From assembly GCA_001938485.1 (NCBI GenBank), contig MQRK01243125.1:1-64000 (forward strand): 64,000 bases of DNA, given 5' to 3'. Below the pieces are notes generated by a model, which saw only the letters and a list, made by a program, of their open reading frames with translations, was not told the origin of the DNA and ran no database searches. This stretch comes from Girardia tigrina. Lineage: Eukaryota. A program made the position numbers and the translations under genes. Positions 52,154 through 64,000 of this stretch are shown here, piece after piece (position 1 is the stretch's first letter; each line of letters begins with the position of its first letter).

Positions 52154-52840
52154 TTAGCTTTGGTAAATACGTAAAGGATATAATGGTGCTTCTACGTAAC
52201 ATACTGGGCATTCCTCAAAACCCTTTACGCAACTTAAACAAAATACGTGATGACATTTGGTCGCACATTCTACTGGGTTTACTTTACAGCTACACATCTG
52301 TACATCAACTTCTTCAATTTCGTATTCAAAATTTTGTTTCATATAGTAATCTTTCAATTCAAATTTTACTTTTCTGCACGGAATTGTTGGAATGAAAGCC
52401 ATTATCGAAGCTCCTCGAAGAACCATAATTTTTATTATATTTATTAAGTCCTTAACTTCATTTTCTTCCGTTTCATTTCTTTCTTTCTTTTCTAGTTTTT
52501 TATTTAGAATCGTAAACAGATAATCAATTAGTAGTTTTCCATTATCATCTTCGATATTAACTGATGGAATTTCATACACGATATCTTGAACTGTTTCTAG
52601 TAATTCATCTTCAATAGCCATAAAAAGTGGTAACTTTTCATCCCTGTTTTTCAAAGTCAAAAAATGTACACCATTTTCCGCTTCCAATAGCTGACGAGCA
52701 GTGTCTGCTTTCTTTGCCTTAATCATTGCAGTCAACAGAGTTTCCCCATTTCTCAATAAACGAGGAACATATTCGTCAGGAGAATTTTCAAAAATATTCA
52801 ATTCTTCTTGAACACATTTACTCAACTTGGAATTATTCAT
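52154..52840 (-). CDS. intronless ankyrin-repeat + C-terminal RING-finger protein (putative E3 ubiquitin ligase), 228 aa
   Basis: Ankyrin-like GETLLTAMI, EKLPLFMAI, GKLLIDYL; C-x-C...C-x-H-x2-C-x2-C...C-x2-C RING (CSC...KCHHVFCLSC...CPVC); intact ATG-to-stop; AATAAA downstream on the minus strand. Confidence 0.85.
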   Translation of the reverse strand: MNNSKLSKCVQEELNIFENSPDEYVPRLLRNGETLLTAMIKAKKADTARQLLEAENGVHFLTLKNRDEKLPLFMAIEDELLETVQDIVYEIPSVNIEDDNGKLLIDYLFTILNKKLEKKERNETEENEVKDLINIIKIMVLRGASIMAFIPTIPCRKVKFELKDYYMKQNFEYEIEEVDVQMCSCKVNPVECATKCHHVFCLSCVKGFEECPVCYVEAPLYPLRIYQS

Positions 52841-53087
52841 TGTGGATGAGTTTTATTTAAATAATGTTTTGTTATAACACTTTTATTTAAACAAATAATC
52901 ATTTCATTAAAAATAAATTAATATTTCAACAGTTTGAAAATATATTAATTGATTAATTATAACATTTTTAAACATTTCTAAATAATTATAAAAATTAAAA
53001 TGAATAATATATTCTTTTGTTAAATATTACAAAAACAATTATTAAAAAATAATTTTTCTTAAATATTTAAAATCTTTAAAAATACAA

Positions 53088-53267
53088 ATGATTTTAAAAA
53101 AATTAAGTTTTGACGAATTCATTTACGTCGCCGCAGAAGTAATAAATAAAACAAAGAATAACCGAAAAAATATAAAAGAAAATAGAAAGATTGTTGAAAT
53201 TAAGTACCAAATTTTAATTATTAAATTTTATAACAAAAAGATATTTAATAAATACTGCCAGTCGTAA
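53088..53267 (+). CDS. small divergent ORF (59 aa, MILKKLSFDEFIYVAAEVI...), possibly extended by frameshift to ~53330
   Basis: Manual translation; just below the ORF-track cutoff; no domain recognised. Confidence 0.3.
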   Translation: MILKKLSFDEFIYVAAEVINKTKNNRKNIKENRKIVEIKYQILIIKFYNKKIFNKYCQS

Positions 53268-54482
53268 AGATTGTTCATGCGAAGAATTAAAAATAATACT
53301 TGAAAAAGGATGTGATAGAATGTCTTTCTGAATATTTGTATTTCTATTCTTAAGAAGATATTTATTTTATTAAATATACAATAGTTCTGATTAAATATTT
53401 TTCAAAATATTTTTTGATATAATTTTATCAATAATAAAAGTTTAAATTTAAAAAGCCATCAAGTAAATTAAAATTTAATAAATTTTCAAAAAAAATAATA
53501 AATGTTAATTTATTTGATTGTGTTTTGATTATCATATTAATTATCTGTTATTTGTTTTTAAATTCTTCATTATTAAACATTTGATTTTATTTTTTAAATC
53601 AATAAATACACCTTTAAAAGTATTTTTCTGTGATTATATGATTTAAAATTCTTTAAAATATAAAATGCAATGTTTTATCAGTGAGTAATTTTAAAAATAA
53701 TAACAAATAATTAATGCGAGTTGTATTTGTATAATCAATTTTAGATATCGTTTGCATTTAAATGTAATATGTTATGCTGTTTTCAAAATTTTGAAAATAC
53801 CCTATATTTAATATTATATTTTTATATTTTAAATATTTAATTTTTAATCATATCTTTATTTCAATTTAAAATTTGAAAAATTAATTTTTTAATAGAATTC
53901 AAATTTTGACTAAAATTAATAATTTACAACTACTTAATCAGATCTGTTTGAGCAACTAATACTTCTTCTTAAATAATATTTTAATTCAAATTAAAATTCA
54001 TAAAGAATATTTTCTAATTTAAATGTAAAATATTTAAGTATCATTCTAAGTTGTTATTTTAAATTTTGAATTTGATTTCAGTTCAAAATAATATTTAAAA
54101 TTATTTAAATTTTGATCAGCGAACTGAAAATTAACTGACTCCTCCTAAGTAATATGATAATAAAAAATTACATCAATTGACATTTATTATTTTTTAAAAA
54201 TTTATTAAATTTTAATTCACTTCATGGCACTTTTAAATTACAACATTAATTATTAATAATTTCTATGAAAATTTTTGAAACGTTTTAAATTAATCAAGTT
54301 TAATGAAGGATAATCGGATATTTATTAAAAGAAATATATATATTCTTAAGAGCACTTTAAAAAAAATAAAATAATTTTAAAATAAACCAGTTAAAAAAGT
54401 TTTATGAAAATTTCTGATTATCATTTCAAAAACTTTTTTTAGATTAAATTGAAAACCTTTCGGTACACTTCTCATTTTTAAT

Positions 54483-54523
<41 letters not shown>

Positions 54524-54899
54524 ACATATTTATTTTCGTCACAGTTTGAATTGTCTTTGTGACAATTCTTAGTAAAGTTTTCATAATTTTACATCTCGTT
54601 TAATTTATAAAATCTTTGTTTGTGTTTAACCAACAATTAATCAAACAAATTTTCATTTTAAATTTTTTTCAGATTTTATTTTCAAAATTCTACTTTTATA
54701 ATTTTGTGATTAATTTTATCTAAAAATTAATTTATTGTTAAAATGATTTTATTTAAAGAAAAACATTTATTTAATCAATTTAAGTATAAGTTTAAAATTA
54801 TTTACTTTATCAAATTTTTTATCATTCAAATTTAAAGATTTAATATTTTAAAGTTTTTAAATATCTTATGTTGTAATTTAAAATGCAAATTACGAACAT

Positions 54900-55190
54900 C
54901 CAAAATATCAATTATCCATCTGGGTTGATGAAACACATTTCCAAATATTAAACTCAACATATAATTTTCAATATACCAATTTCAACATACTAATTATCCT
55001 CACTCAAACCATACTACGTACTTAGGAAGTAGTCATTTAGCATGACTTTAAGAATATTACATGTCTCTATTAAAGCAGATAGCCCACCCCATTATCTTCA
55101 GAAGGTACGAGTGCTACAGCCATAGAAAAACTTCAATAATTAGGAATGGTGACCAAGGATTTTCGTCTAAGCTCACAGGCGAATTTCAAA
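54900..55190 (+). mobile_element. decayed fragment of a repeated, probably Gypsy pol (protease/RT junction) family; related copies at 23389-23438 and 50270-50660
   Basis: Shared CCATCTG(G/C)GT motif, translating as SIWVDETHF / SICVGETQS / SIWVGESPF; followed by AIEKLQ.LGMV. Confidence 0.45.
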
Positions 55191-57361
55191 ATTTTAAACT
55201 TCTTCTAGTCATATATGTAATGAAAAAAGAGAATTAAAAATATATGTGTATAATATAAATATAAATATTTGATTTTAGTTACTTTCCAGCACTACCAGAA
55301 ATATTTCTCGTTTACAAAAAAATAATTGTAAGGTCTACAATATATAGATATTATACCTTTATAATATATATCGAAGATGTCAAATTTTGTTCATAAATGT
55401 CAGGATAAAACCGGTAAGGATTTGAGACGGAAATCATGGACGACATTGACTGCTGAGTATCTTGATAGCATTGAAGATCCGAATTTTCAGTTTTTAACGT
55501 TCAGTGTTATTTTATATTTCGATAAGATCATTTACTTTATTGATCTTTTTCTTTCTTTTTGGGAGTAATTTGTTTTTATGTCTTCTTTTTAATCTTTTTA
55601 TTCGTAATTTTATTTACTGTTTGAAGGAAAAAAGAAAAAATTTAATCATCAAGAACAAAAATTCTTTTTTATCTTATTCATTATAATTAAATCCTTCTAA
55701 TCAAATGATAAATGTTGCATTGAGCGTTTCGAAATTCTTTTAAATAAACTTTTACAGACGTTGCTTCATTTGTATAGCTAAATATTTGAATAAATTTCCA
55801 TTCAGCTGGTAAATGAAAACTAATTAATTTGCAGTGTGATTTTAAAGATTAGGAGTACTTGAACATTGTTTCTCAGAAGGAGTTGTACAGTCAATTGTCA
55901 TATACATTGTGTATGACGCTTGATACTTTGAAACTTAAATCGGTAAATGTGAAGTCTAAAAGCTTGAGGAAAAGTCCATACATATGTTGATAATTTAAGC
56001 TAACATATACCACCACTGCAGACCTTTACAAGCAGCTTGTCATTTATGGCAAGAAATATGGCTATAATAAGTTATGATCTATTTTCGATGAATCACAATG
56101 TTTATTAAATTCCTCTAGTTTCAATCTTAAAAAAGATAAAAGGAAGCAACCTAACGCCGTAAATGAGGAATCAAACATCTTTAAATTCAATCATTCATTA
56201 TTAAAAATTATATTCCATTCCCTTGCCTTTTATTATTGTACACATCCTAACACTGATGACTTAAATGTTATTCTTATAATATACTAAATATAAAATAATT
56301 TAGGTTAGAACTTTTTACTTTTTAGGTTCTTTTTTGAATTTTAATATAAACGAAAAAGTATATAGAAATATTCTTTGATTAAATGTTTTATAAACAATAA
56401 CATACACGTATACTTACGCATTCAGAAATGTAATACCACAGATATTTATTACTTAAAATTATTAAATTTTTTGTTAATTTCAAATTTTATATAACTATAA
56501 AAATATAAATAATTAATCAAAGAAATTGATGTAGATGCAAAAATCAATAATATTTGACGTCTAAGACAAATGGAAGAATTTGGAAGTTGGAAATTTTGTT
56601 TCTAAAATCATTTTTCAAATTTTATAGATTTAAAATATTATTAAAGAATATTTTGATGAAAGTAATTTATTTAGTTAATTTCTTTTAAATGGATAAACTA
56701 AAAATATAAATATAAATATTTATTTACTTAAAAAAACATTTTAAATCTATGAATTTTCTCTAAAAAAAAGATAAAATGTCTATTTTTAATTTATTTCGAT
56801 TATTAATTATTTTTTTCAATAATCGATTTAATTTGAAAATTTCCTCAAAAAAAAACAAATAAATAGTCGTTTTTGTAACACAAATATTTTACTCTAACCA
56901 TTTTTTCGTTTGAAAAATACAAAAAATTTGCATTTATAAAAATATATAAAAGTGCAAAAATGAAAAAAAAATAATCAACAATAAAAGCAAAGCTGAATTA
57001 ATTGTCTATTTGGATTCTGAAAATTAAAAGAATTCTGCCGACTTGTCAAAATAAATTATTTTATTATTTTCTTTATATTTTTGTAAATTAAAACCTTTTT
57101 TTGTAAATATTAATGATTTTTAAAAAAAACTGTAAATGACATTAATTTTAAAAATCTATTTTTTTTGAAAAATAAATATATTTATATTTAAAAAATAATT
57201 TAAATAAAGCTCTGTAAAAAAATTTAATTTTTATTTCCCCATCATCAGCACATAAAATTATTATTTATCATTTATTTTTTCTACATTTGATTATCTATTA
57301 ATTGATTTAAGATTTAGTTAACTAAGAAAAAAGATAATTAATAAGTGCAATTAATTAAACA

Positions 57362-57460
57362 AGGAATGCGTGGGCGTCTATTAATTAATTTCTTCATTAA
57401 TTAGGTCATTACAATTAATCAATTAATTAAATAATTAAAATTGACGCCCAAGCAAATCCT
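57362..57460. repeat. ~100-bp inverted repeat/hairpin
   Basis: AGGAATGCGTGGGCGTC versus GACGCCCAAGCAAATCCT with an ATTAATT-rich loop. Confidence 0.7.
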
Positions 57461-57467
57461 GGGATCC

Positions 57468-57518
<51 letters not shown>

Positions 57519-59067
57519 CATCGATATTATTATTATTTATATTTAAAATTTTTAGATCTGGATTATGTAATCGAAATATTGTTCCTCATAAATGTGTTTC
57601 AATAATGAAAATTGTAGTAGAAATAAAGTTTACAAAATTATGACTTAGAATTTTAATCACGAACCTAATAATGATAATAATTTAATAATACATGTTGTAC
57701 ACTACAAATATATATGTATATATTTTATAATTTAAGGAGTCAAATGTGATAATAAAAATAGTATCTAAACACTGACAAAAAATCAAGTAGTTTAAATTGA
57801 AAATATACGTACATTATAATTATTATTTTAAAATATGCCAGAGTAGTTAGGGATGCGTAGGACGAACTAAATGTGAGTCCACGTAACTATGTAGTAAAAT
57901 AAGTATTTCCAGTGTCGATTTTCAGTTGGAAAAGCGCCACTTAAAAGTTTTCCATTCGAATAAATTTAACGACTAGAGAGTCGGAAAATCAAAGATGTTA
58001 TAATCAAATTACCAAAGAAATCCCCACTTGTCGTCTCTGAAGACGATTTTATCCGGTTAATCTAATTGGAAAAGGTGCTGCTTTACAACCTTAATGTGTA
58101 CTTTGAAATAGGAATGACAAAAAAGAGTTTTTAATTGATATAATCATTTAAATGAAACGTTGAAATATAAATAATAAGGAAATATAAATAATAATTTGAG
58201 AATAACTGTAAATTATTTTCACAATGAATTTAATATGAATACTTATCAAATAAATTATTAAAAGTTTTGCAAAAATTTTTAAAACCAATTCGTAGAAACT
58301 ACAAAATACAAATATATTTAAGAAAAAGATATATGAATATAATATAAAAAAACTTACTTTATGACTTACTTTTTGACTTAAAAAACCTAGAAAGATTTAC
58401 GACCAACAAAAGACAATACAAGTTTGACTATTGATCGGCATCGACAAAGTTAGAAAATTGATCAAAACGGAAAATGTTTTAAAAAACAAAAAAGAAAAAT
58501 TTGAATTAATGCAAAACTTTTAAATTGAGTCACGTAAATGATTTCCTCTTAAATGTTTTACAATATGTAAAATCAACAGAATATTTAAAAAACAATGTAA
58601 AATATTTAAAATTAAAATCAATCATTAGTGTTTATTTTGAAGGTATAAAGATGTATAATTTTCATTGTTAGGACCAAGAGAAAATAAGTTTTGTCTCTGT
58701 TTATATATACAGAGGATAACTATACAACTACTTATTAATTTTGTCATCCAAATAGAAGGTTGTAGAGAGATTTGTTATCACATTAATTTTAAGATTTTAA
58801 GATTAAATAAATACTAGCACTAAACTTTTTTGTTTAAATAAACCTTCACAGAGGACAGAAAGTCTCTTCAATGTTTAATGTGTTATACTTATTAAAAGCT
58901 TATTGATATACGAGAACTATATAATTCAGGATCGAAATTTATTAAAAAACAAATTTTCATTTTAATTTTTGCAATATTTTTTCAATTTTTTTTAAAATTT
59001 AATTTAAAAATAACATAAAACCACTTAGTAATTATTTTTTAAATCAATTGTCCACTTAATCATTTTT

Positions 59068-60301
59068 GGTCCACAAACACTTTGTGTACAACATTTATGC
59101 TTAAAAACCTCTATTTATAAAAATGTCATGTATAAGAGTTTTCTGCATAAAACTTTTATGCATAAAACAATTAGATATAAGAAAGAAAAGTAAATAAAAA
59201 ATTGAAAAACAAAATGCAAAAACTACAAAGATACAACTTACAAATTTTCGATTTTTTTAAATTAAAAAATATCCCATCAAAAATGGCACAGATTACAATG
59301 TCACGTAAGGGTAACCCTCTGATAATTTACGAAAACTTTGAATGTCTTTATAATTAGAAAGTACTGATAATGCAAAGAAATACTGGATTTGCTGTTAAAT
59401 AAACGGATACGGCCCCATATTAATAACATATTTTGATGTGTAAAATAATATATTCACAGTGTGTTTAGTCACTTAATCGTATCACAGATAATCGCAAATT
59501 ATTAGATTAATATTATTAAAGATTAATATTTTGTTTATATTGTGAAAAAATAAAATAAAAAATAATAATTCATATTTTATTTAAATTTAATAATAATCAT
59601 TTAATAATTTATAATAGATTTGAATAATTAATTTTTTTAATAATTTAATTGATTTATTTTATAAATATTATTTATTTTATTTAGTGAATTATTTCAAAAT
59701 ATAAACAAAAATATGTCTCAAAATATTGCCAATTACCCATTTATCATATTCATGAAAATTAATAAAATTTTGTTGAATTTTAATTTATAATGAATTTTAA
59801 TTTTTTTGAATTTAATTTATGAATTATTATCATTAATTTTATTCAAAATTATTTCAAAATATAAACAAAAATTTTAATCTTTATTAATATTAATCTAGTA
59901 ATTTATGATTACCTGTGATCCGATTAATGAATTTTGATTGTAAAATCTTGTGTGTGTGTCATTGTGTACGGGATTATTATTTGTGATTTTGTTTAAATAA
60001 ATAAAAAATAAATAATTTTTTGGCGAATATTTTTAAGAGCAAAATTAAAAGACGATTTGATACGTGATTAAAAAATATAAAAAAAATCAATTTAAATTAA
60101 AAAAAATATGGTGAATCCAAATGTTTTCAACGACTTATTAACATAAATGGTTGGTACTAGAAACATTAGCGACTTTACAACGTGTACTATCAGGACGATG
60201 AGTGTTTTCGTATAAAAAGCGAACAATTATTGTTAAATAAATTATATTTTTATACTCGGATGTTTTATACACGCAATTTCTATACAAAGTGTCTGAGCAG
60301 C
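59068..60301 (+). mobile_element. MULE-like remnant with FLYWCH-type N-terminus
   Basis: MAQITMSRKGNPLIIYENF...KKYWIC at 59283; imperfect inverted termini around ACACTTTGT/ACAAAGTGT. Confidence 0.55.
59477..59923. mobile_element. MITE with ~65-bp TIRs flanked by TTAA
   Basis: TCGTATCACAGATAATCGCAAATTATTAGATTAATATT... versus ...AATATTAATCTAGTAATTTATGATTACCTGTGATCCGA; TTAA on both sides. Confidence 0.75.
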
Positions 60302-60497
60302 AAAGATATACCTCTTTTGTAGTGGAATAGTTAGTTTATTGTTTTTTAAATCTATTTTTCAATTTCAATTTCGAGTAATTAGTATAATTTAGTTATTTGA
60401 TATAACATCATTATATCTTTTTTTATATCTTGACATTAATGACCAGTTTTAGTTTTATTTCTGTGAAAAACGTTTATCTAACAAATTTATGCATCTA

Positions 60498-62621
60498 CAG
60501 CGAAACCTCTCCATAAGGTACACCCTATTTGTTATGAAAATATTTCGAAAATGTACCTTATGAGATGGTGTACCTTATATAGAATGTAACATAAAGTTTT
60601 TGGTGCAATTTTTTCTAGAAATAAACAATGTTAAATAAAATTATAGATCAAAAATATTATATTTACTAATTATTAAATTTTACAAGAAAATCACTTGATA
60701 TTGTTTTGGAATATAAATAGATTTCACCTAATAGATTTCACGTAATATAATTTGTTTTAAAAACGTTTAGAGAAAAGATGTAAAATTTAAAAATAAAATG
60801 GAGCAAATAAAGCATCAATCAACATTTATTTTTTTATAAAGAAATCTGTAAGTGATTTCTGTTTCAAATTCTTCTTTTGTTGAGAAATAACATCCTGTTT
60901 CATTTTTAACAAATTTAATTCCCCTTCATACATATGTTTTTCTTTTGCATAAGTTATTAATTTCGTCAAACAATTTATTGCCTCGTCCTTAGATATTAGA
61001 ATTCCATTAATATTATTATTTTTTCATATTTAGCGATATCAGTATTTTTTGAAAATCCACAATTTTTAAAGCACTTCTATATAGTTTCATGCTTTATAAC
61101 GTTCCAAGCACTAGACAAAAATTTAATAGCATCAAAAATATTCATTTTCATAGCGAATTCAGATACATTCACTTTTTATTGAATTTTTTCTAATAAAGTT
61201 AAAATCTGATACTTTCTGCGTTATGCCTTTAAACTCCTTGTGATCACAGCATCAAGTGGTTGTAACACACTGGTTAAATTAGGTGGGAAAAATTTAGCTT
61301 AATATTTGTTAGTTTATTTTCAGGATCAATTAAATGCACTCAATTAAATTAAATCCAGAAATAAAAGTATTTTTCCATTTCTTTTCTTAAAATAGTCGTC
61401 CAATTCTCTAAGATACGAATTAAATAAGGTTGTAGTCATCCAGGCTTTTGAACTTAACCAAACAATACTTAACGTTTAACATAGATAAATCAATATTTCT
61501 TAGACATCTAGGTAATTATGATTTCTCTATTATAATTTGGAACACATTGAAGTAATTGTTAATCTGCCTTTAGCGTGTTTTCCACCTTTACAAATATCTC
61601 TAGATCTAGACAATGTTATCCGCTAAGAATCTGAACATATATCCACTTCCATCCATATTGAATATGTTGGCAAAATCATAATCTTCATAAAATAAGATTA
61701 AATTTGATTTCCATTCTATAGCAGTTTTAATATCAGCTGCACCAGATTCCTCGCAAATTTTCTAAATTCTAAATTTTTAATTAATTTTCTAAATTTTCTA
61801 TTCATTATCATTCCTAGATTTCCACTTTTGAAGCCACCCTTCAGATGCCATAAATGTCCCGTCTTCAATATCATTTTTTTGATATTTTGTGCGCCTCTTC
61901 TTGTAAAATAGGACCTCTTATTGGATAACCCAATGATCTAGCATTGGCAAACCATCTCCATAAAATAATGTTTACTTCGCTTTGCTTAATTATTCTTGTT
62001 ATTTTTAGCGACCTTCCCGACTCTAGCTCTGCCATTATAGTTTCTTTTTTTTCCAATGCTTTTTGAACGGTGCTTTTCGACACAGCGAAGTCCCTTGCAG
62101 CAAACCTTACACTGTTTCCTTTCTCGGCAATTTGTATGATTTTTATCTTTGTTTTCAAATCTATCTTTTTTTCTTTTAATTTTTTACGAGGAATTGCTCA
62201 TTTTTATTGGCGTTATAAAGGCCATATTTTTATTTTTTAAAATTATATTTTTAAAATTAAAAATATGCTTTTAAATAAATATTATTTAAACAAATGATTT
62301 TTAATAATGATTTAAAGAAATTGAAAACTTTTATTTTTAAATTGTTTTTTTCAAAAATTGTGGCTACTTAGTCACATACACAAATTTTTCCAATTGATTC
62401 ATTTAAACAAATCAAATCACTTAAAATTAGTTCAAAATTCCGGCTATTATCAATCACCGAATTTAAATTATTTATTTACTTTATTATTTAATTTTTAACT
62501 TTAAACTACTTATTTAATTTTTATTTTTTATTAATTATATATAATTTATTTATGAGTTTTGCTAAACAGGCAAAATATTCGGTCAAAACCGATTAATTTC
62601 CGCTCTATGGAGGTTTCACTG
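60498..62621 (-). mobile_element. pogo/Tigger-like element, decayed CENP-B-type transposase
   Basis: TA-CAGCGAAACCTC / GAGGTTTCACTG-TA; HTH KTKIKII..VSKSTV, PIRGPILQEEA, ASEGWL, IFNMDES, KAWMT, PPNLTSVLQPLD. Confidence 0.92.
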
Positions 62622-63089
62622 TATTTTAATAATTGGCAGGAGAGAATGGAGGAAAAAATATTTGATCATTATATCCTAAATTATGAAAAAAACAGATCAG
62701 TTGAAAACTTTGTATTTGGATGACATAATTGTTCATTGATTTTACAATTATTATGAGCCTTTAAATCTTTCACCAACAGATTATGGTTAAACCTTCAAAA
62801 TAAATTATATGTAAAAATAAAATTTTGTTAAAAAAATAAAATATTTGTAATTCTAAAAATTCATTACTATTTTTTAAAAAATATTTCAATAATTTATAAA
62901 ATAAAATATATTTGATAAATTATGGGATAGGTTGTTTCATTTATGAAATTTAGAATTAAACTAAAAATAATATTATAAAATACCTATGCTCGGATTTTGC
63001 TGGTCTTAATTGACAATGATTTATGATTTTTGTGTTTTATAAAAATCCGTATTTTATTTTTAATTTACGGGGTAATTTACAAACACAAT

Positions 63090-63138
<49 letters not shown>

Positions 63139-63199
63139 GATATTTTCTATAACATGTGGTTAAATAGAAATCCTGAGGGAGGGTTCAGAGGTACGCTGT

Positions 63200-63990
63200 C
63201 CATTGATAAAATTATCGTAAGATTTCTCCAATATTAAATTCAGTTTACTCAAACATCCACCTAAATTAACGCTCTCGTGGTCAATTTCTTCTTTTAGGTT
63301 CTCCTTATGCTCCAATACTTAGACAATTTAAGGGAGAGATTTTTTGAAAATTTTAGAAAAGTATAATAACTTTTTTTAATCCTGATCGAATTCTCCTTTA
63401 TACAGCCAAATTCTTTCGTATTTAAAGACTTTAAGTTACTGTTGATCTCACCATAATCAAATGTGACACTAAACAAATTCGCACTTTCTTCGAAAATCTT
63501 TAAAATGTCATTAAAGATCAAAACTGACGATTTTTAAAATATGTTCGATCATTCAATAATTTGGTTTCAATCACCAAATATTCAAATAGGAAAAAAACTT
63601 TTTTAAAATCTTAAACACTTTCACAACCCTTTCCGATTTAACAACCAATATTCAAGTCACCAAAGTTGATAAGCAACTATTTATTCTTTAAACCACCAAC
63701 TGGAAATTTTCAGATTCAAAATTGTTTATAGAATCAAATACTTTTTTATTTACAAAAACTCATGATTTAATATAAATCCTCTTTTTACACTTTCTATTTC
63801 ATATTTAATTCATTGTAATTGAAATTTGGAAGTTTTATTCTGGAACAGCTTGATCCCATAATTTATGATTTAATCATATTTTTGGTTTGTCGTATATTAT
63901 GTTTTTGAAAAAAAACCAAATTAAATTATATCAATCCAAAGGTCTAAATCCTTCAAAACGTTTTGATTTTATATCTGCATCAAGCCACAT
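63200..63990 (-). pseudogene. decayed coding-like segment, unidentified
   Basis: 75-aa open stretch plus flanking protein-like frames with many stops. Confidence 0.25.
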
Positions 63991-64000
63991 GGAACTTTGC

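Noticed and set aside
55377-55568. NFVHKCQDKTGKDLRRK resembling an Hsp70 segment
   Set aside because: Similarity too short; no other Hsp70 motifs nearby
1-64000. Alternative genetic code explaining in-frame stops
   Set aside because: TAA, TAG and TGA stops and frameshifts all occur in TE ORFs, as expected for neutral decay; the Ank-RING ORF is open in the standard code
1-64000. CRISPR arrays, rRNA, tRNA, prokaryotic operons
   Set aside because: No regularly spaced repeats or recognisable structural RNA genes; content is eukaryotic

Overview
Eukaryotic, very AT-rich (roughly 75% AT by eye), gap-containing draft-assembly window made up mostly of decayed and nested transposons. Two near-identical ~1-1.3 kb mariner copies (2928-3862, 8302-9623) have transposase termini (MEISEIRILMKYEFHRGATTRQAVGNI...LPLKWQQCVDNMGGYFD) that match, from memory, Dtmar1 of the planarian Girardia (Dugesia) tigrina. 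A dugesiid planarian host is therefore likely, but this needs BLAST. DNA elements present: several mariner/Tc1/IS630-like elements, a DD41D element, a pogo/Tigger element, hAT, piggyBac and MULE remnants, and MITEs. Retroelements present: a structurally complete but internally deleted Ty3/Gypsy element (LTRs, PBS, PPT, 5-bp TSD) with an unexplained extra ORF, further Gypsy fragments, an RTE-like LINE with three C-terminal C2H2 fingers, and Penelope remnants with hammerhead-ribozyme motifs. The only long intact ORF is an intronless ankyrin-repeat + RING-finger protein (52154-52840, minus). It sits in a tightly packed, virus/TE-like three-ORF cassette. A few minus-strand exon candidates (about 16.9-27.4 kb) suggest an unidentified host gene with TE-filled introns. 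No rRNA, tRNA or CRISPR was recognised. All family assignments come from motif recognition by eye; no database search was run.
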